Source of the DNA: an uncultured virus (IMG/VR IMGVR_UViG_3300032316_001438)
Lineage: Duplodnaviria > Heunggongvirae > Uroviricota > Caudoviricetes
Strand: one strand, 5' to 3'
Length of the DNA: 64,000 bases
IMG/VR virus record: IMGVR_UViG_3300032316_001438
The notes below the pieces were generated by a model. That model was not told the DNA's origin. It saw nothing but the letters and a program-made list of their open reading frames with translations, and searched no databases. The position numbers and the translations under genes were made by a program. Shown here in pieces: positions 57,668 through 64,000 of the stretch; within the stretch, counting starts at the first letter, position 1; each line of letters begins with the position of its first letter.

Positions 57668-59959
57668 ATGAAACAATTTAGTAAATATTTTGCGCTGCTG
57701 GCCATTGTCGCCTTTGTGGTAATTGCCTGCCAGGACAACTTTAGTGAAGCCGATTTTGTAGCTAGTCAGCTAAAAAACCGAAACAAGCAAGATAGCATAG
57801 CTATCGCCAAACAAATTGAGGGTCTCAATGCTGCAGGGCAATTGCTATCTTACACCCTGCAAGTGCTGGATGATAAATTGCCTGTGTCCGGTGTGGCGGT
57901 GGTTATGTCTAACCCACCTCCAGGTTCCACCACTTCTACATTGACAGCCACTACGGATGCGAATGGTTTTGCTACATTTAAAAATGTACAAATTGGTGCC
58001 AATACATTTATCGTCAGCAAGACAGGATACTATTCAGCTACGTTTATTGTTGACTTTGGGACTCCTACGAATGCCGTCCACTATCAAGTAGTTAACAACA
58101 ATGGTATACAAACGATATTACCTATCAAAAAAACAGCTTCTAATCAAGTGCCTATTTTTGCATCGGCGGCAGGTGGCGCTACTGCTATTATCAGAGGGAA
58201 TGTGACCATCGAATCTGATCTAACAAACACCACCGCTGAAATACCTCAAAACATCACCATCAAGGCCAATCTGACAGGTATTGGTGGTGGTTTTGGAGGT
58301 AACGCTGGCTCTACTGCGGAAGGCGGTTCAAGCCCATCCTCAATTAGGGGTTATTTCTTTAACACCAATGCGATTGGAACGGCAACAGTAGATAACCTGA
58401 CTGGTGCATACAGCATGGTGGTACCTGCCGGTGCAGATGGTAGAACGCTAACCTTGATCATACCCACGGTGAGCCTTAACCAAAAGATAGGCTTCAACAG
58501 ATTGAATGGACAACCAGTAGCAACCCAGATAGGCACTATACCAGCAGTCTTTGGCCCAGTTTCTTTAGCCGGGAATTATGATAACATCCCACAGGTGCTG
58601 GGGGCAATCGCAACATTCCCAGCACCGCCAGCGCCGGGCAGTGGATTTAAGTTTGCCTACACCGCAGTTCCAAGGGGATTACCAACAACTCTTCCAACTA
58701 ATCAAGGTCTTCAATTTACATCAGGCAATATCACAGCTCAGCTAACCAACAAAGGATCTGGATATAGTGCGTCACCGACAGTTACAATAACTGGAGGAGG
58801 GGCCAGTACTCAAGCAACTGCAAATACAACGCTTCAAGGAATTGCTACAGGTATTACCATTACAGCCGCAGGAACTGGTTACTCAGGTACAGTGAGTTAT
58901 CAATTACAGCAGTCTACCGATGGTGGGGCTACGTTTAATAACGTCTCTTCGGTGGCGTTTACCAGAGACGCTGGAAATACACCGGCTCCACTTTCAGCCC
59001 CAACTTTACCCACCACGGGAGCTGGTTTTGTAGCGAGCAACGCATTTGGGACTCTTGCAGGTGTGACTAACTTCCGATGGTTAATTACCAATACATCTCC
59101 TTTCGGAGCAAATCCTGCGGGCAGTGGTGCAACAGCTTCTGCTACTGTTTCCGCAACTGTAGATCGCGTTCAAATACTTACCCCAGGAACCGGATACACC
59201 TCAGCTCCAACTATCACAATCTCTGCGCCTACTAGCGGCACAACGGCTACGTTTGTGATTCAAGAGTTTCAAACGCAATGGAATATTGCCCTAGACAACT
59301 CAGCGAATACGTCACCCTACAGAGTAATGCCTGCCGGAATAAATATGGTATTCAGCTACCTTACTTCAGGAACACAAGCAATAAATGCTGTTGTTGATCA
59401 ATTCGGAAATGGGACTTCAGCTGTATTTGGTACGCTAACTGTTTCAGGTGGTAATATCGTATTTCAAGACCCGTCTAGAACTTATCAGACAAGTGGATTC
59501 TCTCAAAATCCGCCAAGCACAGTTGTAATACCATCTGTATCAACACAAGCATCTGCATCAGTATCGGTAAACAGTATTTTAGGAAATGCAGCTTTTGGTC
59601 AAGTTACTGCGCTTACAAATGTTAATTCTGGCGCAGGATATGACGTGCCTGTCACAGTAACTATTTCTGCACCCGCAGGCCTGTCAGGCACAGGTGCGAG
59701 GATAGACCTATCCACTTTTATGAATTTTGACAACAATACTAAGGAGTACAAATGGAATGGAACGCCGGGAACAATTACAAACCCTGGCAGTGGTTATCAA
59801 CCATTTTTGAATATGTACTACGTTAACAACTTCAACGGAAACCCGCAAATTAATGCAGTACAATTTACTGGAACTACCAGCTACACTGTACGAACAGGTG
59901 ATGTAGTATCTGCAGATATTGTTTACGGCACAGGTAGAAAAGCACAAAACGTAAACTAA
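57668..59959 (+). CDS. large surface lipoprotein with carboxypeptidase-regulatory-like domain and G/T/S/A-rich beta repeats
   Basis: Lipobox VIAC; TTDANG.ATF...VSKTGY; repeated G.GY...PTVTI motifs. Confidence 0.85.
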   Translation: MKQFSKYFALLAIVAFVVIACQDNFSEADFVASQLKNRNKQDSIAIAKQIEGLNAAGQLLSYTLQVLDDKLPVSGVAVVMSNPPPGSTTSTLTATTDANGFATFKNVQIGANTFIVSKTGYYSATFIVDFGTPTNAVHYQVVNNNGIQTILPIKKTASNQVPIFASAAGGATAIIRGNVTIESDLTNTTAEIPQNITIKANLTGIGGGFGGNAGSTAEGGSSPSSIRGYFFNTNAIGTATVDNLTGAYSMVVPAGADGRTLTLIIPTVSLNQKIGFNRLNGQPVATQIGTIPAVFGPVSLAGNYDNIPQVLGAIATFPAPPAPGSGFKFAYTAVPRGLPTTLPTNQGLQFTSGNITAQLTNKGSGYSASPTVTITGGGASTQATANTTLQGIATGITITAAGTGYSGTVSYQLQQSTDGGATFNNVSSVAFTRDAGNTPAPLSAPTLPTTGAGFVASNAFGTLAGVTNFRWLITNTSPFGANPAGSGATASATVSATVDRVQILTPGTGYTSAPTITISAPTSGTTATFVIQEFQTQWNIALDNSANTSPYRVMPAGINMVFSYLTSGTQAINAVVDQFGNGTSAVFGTLTVSGGNIVFQDPSRTYQTSGFSQNPPSTVVIPSVSTQASASVSVNSILGNAAFGQVTALTNVNSGAGYDVPVTVTISAPAGLSGTGARIDLSTFMNFDNNTKEYKWNGTPGTITNPGSGYQPFLNMYYVNNFNGNPQINAVQFTGTTSYTVRTGDVVSADIVYGTGRKAQNVN

Positions 59960-59989
59960 GTAGTAGTATTTTAACAGCATCTAATAAAG

Positions 59990-60019
59990 AGGCCGTCTCA
60001 AATGAGACGGCCTTTTTTT
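59990..60019 (+). terminator. rho-independent terminator
   Basis: AGGCCGTCTCA-AA-TGAGACGGCCT hairpin followed by a T run. Confidence 0.9.
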
Positions 60020-60084
60020 ATTTTGCAGTGTTTGAGGATCGATCGCTAATTTATATTTAACGCAAGGAGCGACAGAAATAAGAA

Positions 60085-60810
60085 TTAGTTTAAGTTTGGA
60101 TCGCCAATGGCATCAGCCGGCTGGCAGCTGAACGTAATTTCTTCGCCAGTTACTAATTCTATAACAACTGTCTTTGTTCCGATCGCCGCCTCCCCAAAAA
60201 CCATAACAATATTAGTATCTGCAAAATACATCTTGTTAAAAATATTTATGATTATGGATTCCTGGAGTGTGCCCAGATACTCATCTGTACTTTTCCGGCA
60301 TTTAACGCGCACCAGACTTTCTTTGGAAAAAAAGATTTGGTCAACATTAACCGTTGCTGGACTGAAACTCGCCCCGGAGAAAACAATCATCTCTGGTGAG
60401 CTAGCTTCGACAATTTTGTCACCAGCGACAAAAGAAATACCCAAGCACACCTGGTAGATGGTTTCCTCATCATCTTCGTCCCGGTCATCAGATAGGTTGA
60501 GTTGATCCATCATAATCGCTACCCCTTCATTTTCAATCTCCATCGGCCTTACATCAAGGTCAAGGGGATCGATAAACTGGTCAGCAATAGGATCCTCTAT
60601 TTCCAACTTTCCTTTCATAATCAGCTCCGATATCAAGTAAGCCAGATTATCATTGGATAAGCTCTCTATTTTAGAAACAAGAGCCAGCATATTGATCGAA
60701 TCGGGAGTGGGCTTTACAATTGCAACCTTTTGATTTCCTTTGGCCTTAGGCGCTTTTTTTGATGATTTAGTTGTTGTTTTTTTGATGGTTGTTTTCGCAG
60801 GCTTTTTCAT
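60085..60810 (-). CDS. hypothetical protein with lysine-rich N-terminus
   Basis: 241 aa ORF. Confidence 0.75.
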   Translation of the reverse strand: MKKPAKTTIKKTTTKSSKKAPKAKGNQKVAIVKPTPDSINMLALVSKIESLSNDNLAYLISELIMKGKLEIEDPIADQFIDPLDLDVRPMEIENEGVAIMMDQLNLSDDRDEDDEETIYQVCLGISFVAGDKIVEASSPEMIVFSGASFSPATVNVDQIFFSKESLVRVKCRKSTDEYLGTLQESIIINIFNKMYFADTNIVMVFGEAAIGTKTVVIELVTGEEITFSCQPADAIGDPNLN

Positions 60811-60826
60811 ATAAAATGGGTTGGTT

Positions 60827-61063
60827 TTATGCTAAAACAGAAATTCTCTTACTCATAGGTCTTGAATCAGGAGTAAAATTCAATAGCACCTCAGCGCTTG
60901 ACCTATCTATAACCTCACACTGTGACCACGATGGAAATTTACGATCAAGGAATTTAGAAAAAGAAAACAAATTGTCAACATGCTCATACCATACGTGGTG
61001 GTCAAGCCCACTTGGCCGCTTGCCGATTAATACCTTGCAGCGATATTTTATGTAGACCCCCAT
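60827..61063 (-). CDS. hypothetical protein
   Basis: 78 aa ORF in operon. Confidence 0.6.
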   Translation of the reverse strand: MGVYIKYRCKVLIGKRPSGLDHHVWYEHVDNLFSFSKFLDRKFPSWSQCEVIDRSSAEVLLNFTPDSRPMSKRISVLA

Positions 61064-61070
61064 CTAATAT

Positions 61071-62246
61071 CTAAGCAAGTGAGGTGGAGAACTGCTCGGG
61101 ACGAATAACTTCTGAAAGCGTTGGGATGATCTCCTTATACTGCTTCCACCGGTTGACTTCATAGTAAGTAGTATTTCCATACACCATCAGGTAGGTGTCC
61201 TCTAGTGCTTTCATCTTAGGCTCCAGATCGATATCAAGGTTCAGTAGCCAGTAGTGAAGTAGCTTGTGAAACTCAAGAGAGCTGACCATGACCTTAATCT
61301 TGCTGGCCTGTGATTTACGGAAACGTGATTTGAGATTAAGTAGGAGAACCTTCTTGAACCGGTCCTTGTTGTCGGCCTCCAACTGCAAGAGCTCCTCATC
61401 ACTGTACTCGATAGTCACAATGGGTTGGAAGTCGTGAAACACGGCGTCAATGTAAGGGCGGCTATCAGGACCTCGCTTCAACGCCTGTGCGGCGAAATCA
61501 TTGATGGTACCAAGTTTCGTTTTTAGCTCCCTCATATTCTCCGCTTGCGACTTCTGCTTTGTGTTCGCCAGCCTAAACAGCGAATCGATGGAGGGGTACA
61601 TCACAATCTTCTTTGTTTGCTGAGAAGAGTGAGAGGTCATGTCTCGCAAGTTCATCAATGACAAATACAGTATGCGGCAGGCTGGCGGCAGTAGCATTAA
61701 TAAATCAAGGTCGAAGCGTGAAAAATAACGAGACAGACTAGTGACAAAGGAGTCTGAATAGCGAAGCTCATAATATATTTTCCTGGAAGCGCCCTTGTAG
61801 TATTTAGTCACCTCCTCAAATACCTGAACCTTTCGAAGCCCGGATCCCTTATCTCCATTTCTGTCAGCATCTGTTACATCAATGCGTGACTGTTGCAAAA
61901 GAATATACAAGGCATTGTCTAAAGCGGAATCCCATAACGGTCGTCCGGCAGCAACCCGGGATTCATCGTACTGCTTCCAATTTGACGGCGGTATATTCAT
62001 CAACTCGCGCCTGTGTTCAACATTGACTTTATTGATTAGCGTTTTGTGTGAAAAACCAATTTTTGAAGCAACCAGATGTGGATCCCAGATACGGGTACCA
62101 AACAAAGTCTCTGCGCAGAAATTGTACTGAAGATCATAGGCTACAAAAATGAGGACGTGCAAAACAAGCATCTCATCTTTCTCATAGGTATCCCTGAGCC
62201 AGCCCAGGTTGTTTAGAATATGTCTGTCGAAACGGACTAACTTCAT
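61071..62246 (-). CDS. hypothetical protein, possible second replication initiator
   Basis: 391 aa; RKIYYELRYSDSF..SL..YF...DL..L..L.....ILYL.L resembles winged-helix Rep; repeat array upstream of its operon. Confidence 0.5.
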   Translation of the reverse strand: MKLVRFDRHILNNLGWLRDTYEKDEMLVLHVLIFVAYDLQYNFCAETLFGTRIWDPHLVASKIGFSHKTLINKVNVEHRRELMNIPPSNWKQYDESRVAAGRPLWDSALDNALYILLQQSRIDVTDADRNGDKGSGLRKVQVFEEVTKYYKGASRKIYYELRYSDSFVTSLSRYFSRFDLDLLMLLPPACRILYLSLMNLRDMTSHSSQQTKKIVMYPSIDSLFRLANTKQKSQAENMRELKTKLGTINDFAAQALKRGPDSRPYIDAVFHDFQPIVTIEYSDEELLQLEADNKDRFKKVLLLNLKSRFRKSQASKIKVMVSSLEFHKLLHYWLLNLDIDLEPKMKALEDTYLMVYGNTTYYEVNRWKQYKEIIPTLSEVIRPEQFSTSLA

Positions 62247-62626
62247 GCGGCGCTGTTAAGGGTTTCCAGGATAGACTTTACCGAACCCTTACCTTTCTCA
62301 TTGAGCGAGGTGTACATGAGCGCAATTTTGTAGGCATCTGTGTTATCAAGCGCTGCCGTGTTTGCTATATCGCTTTTTCCTAAAAGATAATCTGCTGAAC
62401 ATTTAAACACATCGCAAAGTACGGCCAGCGTTGCCACGGTAGGTAGTGAGCGTCCTCGTTCAATGTCGATGTAGTGACCTCGATCAAGGCCTGTCACCTC
62501 GCTCACTGCGGATTGAGTAAGCTTTAAGGAAGATCGCAGAGAAGCCACTCGCTGTGACAGAACGGACTTGATGATATCACTTTTCTTTGTCTTCGATGCT
62601 GACTTTTTGGTAGAACTATTGGCCAT
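62243..62626 (-). CDS. XRE helix-turn-helix regulator
   Basis: LTQSAVSEVTGLDRGHYIDIERG...SADYLLG. Confidence 0.9.
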   Translation of the reverse strand: MANSSTKKSASKTKKSDIIKSVLSQRVASLRSSLKLTQSAVSEVTGLDRGHYIDIERGRSLPTVATLAVLCDVFKCSADYLLGKSDIANTAALDNTDAYKIALMYTSLNEKGKGSVKSILETLNSAA

Positions 62627-62831
62627 TTTTTCTATTGCATTTCCAAAAGTAGCAAAAAGACAAGTGGGTTATAGGCTACATACCATCCTAAATCATCCCA
62701 TTGCTGAAAAAAAGCAAAACAGAATTTTCTTTGGATGGCTCGCGCCATGAGACCGCGGAGGTCAGAACAAACAGAATATTATTCGGACTTTTTCCCACCA
62801 TTATTTTGTATTAGTATTTACATATAAGAAT

Positions 62832-63101
62832 GGGACATTTTAGGACGGCTACTGAAAGAAAAAGCTAAAAAAACAGGTTTTACTAATTGTTTTATGGGAG
62901 GTTGGGGGATGGGCTATCCGGCGAATCGATCAATTGGGTGGATTGTAAATGAGATATCAACAATGGTTGGGATAAAACAGGACAATGGCTACTTGTGGTT
63001 GGGATGGTCTAGGACGAGCTAGGAAAGATGTATAGGTTCATCGCGATCGGAGCCGGTTTGTTATGGGATAAAAAAGGACGGTCACCGGACAAAGTAGGAC
63101 G
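62832..63101 (+). repeat. direct repeat array (G/C)GGA(T/C)-N5-AGGAC x5
   Basis: Copies at 62832, 62969, 63001, 63065 and 63086. Confidence 0.8.
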
Positions 63102-63238
63102 GCCAGTGGGGTATTTCGGGATGGTGGAAAAGGATATACTTGCCCTCGGGAAAAAGTCCGCAAGTATTAGCGGAACATCAAAGGGTTGAGTCGAATTGAA
63201 AATCGTTCAGTTCGGCTCTTCCTTTTTATATTTGCAGC

Positions 63239-63571
63239 ATGCTAACAGATCAAACCATAAAAGAAAAGTTGGTATCACTCAGAACCTCTCGCAAGTGGTC
63301 TCAGGGCGACCTTGCGAAAGTATCCGGATTAAACCGCGTGATGATTAACAGATGGGAGCAAGGGCACCTGGTTCCAAGTCAAGCGAGCTTAAAGAAGTTA
63401 GCCGGCTCTTTTGGTCAGGAGGGAATGAGCCTTCTAAACAATTTTACAGGACAAACAGACAAAGAATATCAACAGGAACTACTATCGATATTTCCTAGCC
63501 TTACCAAGTCGCAACAATTTCTTATTGTAAGCATGGCAAAGGAACTTGTGGCTGTAAACAAGAAGGGGTAG
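63239..63571 (+). CDS. XRE helix-turn-helix regulator
   Basis: WSQGDLAKVSGLNRVMINRWEQG. Confidence 0.9.
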   Translation: MLTDQTIKEKLVSLRTSRKWSQGDLAKVSGLNRVMINRWEQGHLVPSQASLKKLAGSFGQEGMSLLNNFTGQTDKEYQQELLSIFPSLTKSQQFLIVSMAKELVAVNKKG

Positions 63572-64000
63572 TTTAGTATGTCACTTCCGATAAAATTAAC
63601 TGAACTAGTTTCATATTAACCGTCGCTTTTATCATCAAAGGATGTGAGATTCCATCAACGATAATTGAATTCCACCTTAAAGAAGCAAGCCTTAATGCAT
63701 CAGAGAGAATTTGTTGGTCAGAACACTTACTGATATTGCTGTAGAAAAGGATTTGACAATTAGGCGATTCTAATTTATCGTAGCATGTTGTTAGTACTAA
63801 TAAAGCATCTCCATCAAATGCTTTTAAAACCATTCGGCTGGTAGACCCGATAAACCTTGAGCTATTTGCAGGAAAAAGAGTTCGATACGATTTGAGAATA
63901 CAAGTCTTCGTGAGTTTATTGATGATAGGGTCATCGTCAAGAGTTTCAATAAGGAAGGAGCCAATTACACCAAGAAATATGTTTCTGCCGTTTTTTTTAT

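Noticed and set aside
1..64000. Prophage or conjugative transfer region
   Set aside because: No capsid, terminase, tail, integrase, relaxase or type IV secretion genes recognised in this window; they may lie outside it

Overview
This 64-kb window looks like part of a large Bacteroidota (probably Cytophagales-like) plasmid or other extrachromosomal element; that assignment is inferred from TAnnTTTG-type promoters and a lipoprotein/porin pair. No phage structural genes, conjugation genes, rRNA, tRNA or CRISPR arrays were seen. The right part (~51-64 kb) holds the replication machinery: an iteron array, a Rep_3-like initiator, dnaB, a degenerate second copy of the rep 5' end, and a second helically phased repeat array next to an XRE gene and a possible second Rep. 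The left ~51 kb is a long, mostly minus-strand array of small hypothetical genes and DNA-processing genes: nuclease, exonuclease, RadC/JAB, PolX-like, HD hydrolase, PAPS-reductase-like, atypical C5 methyltransferase, nucleotidase and WGR-ligase. This arm is interrupted by plus-strand modules, a TnpB element and a yeeABC-like defence island. The most striking signal is a strand-specific 7-mer, CGGTCGG (CCGACCG on +). I found it by eye at 21 positions (18 exact, 3 single-mismatch), each 38-67 bp upstream of the first gene of a minus-strand gene block. It suggests an element-specific promoter or activator regulon that organises the whole arm into cassettes. All family assignments come from motif recognition by eye, not from database searches.
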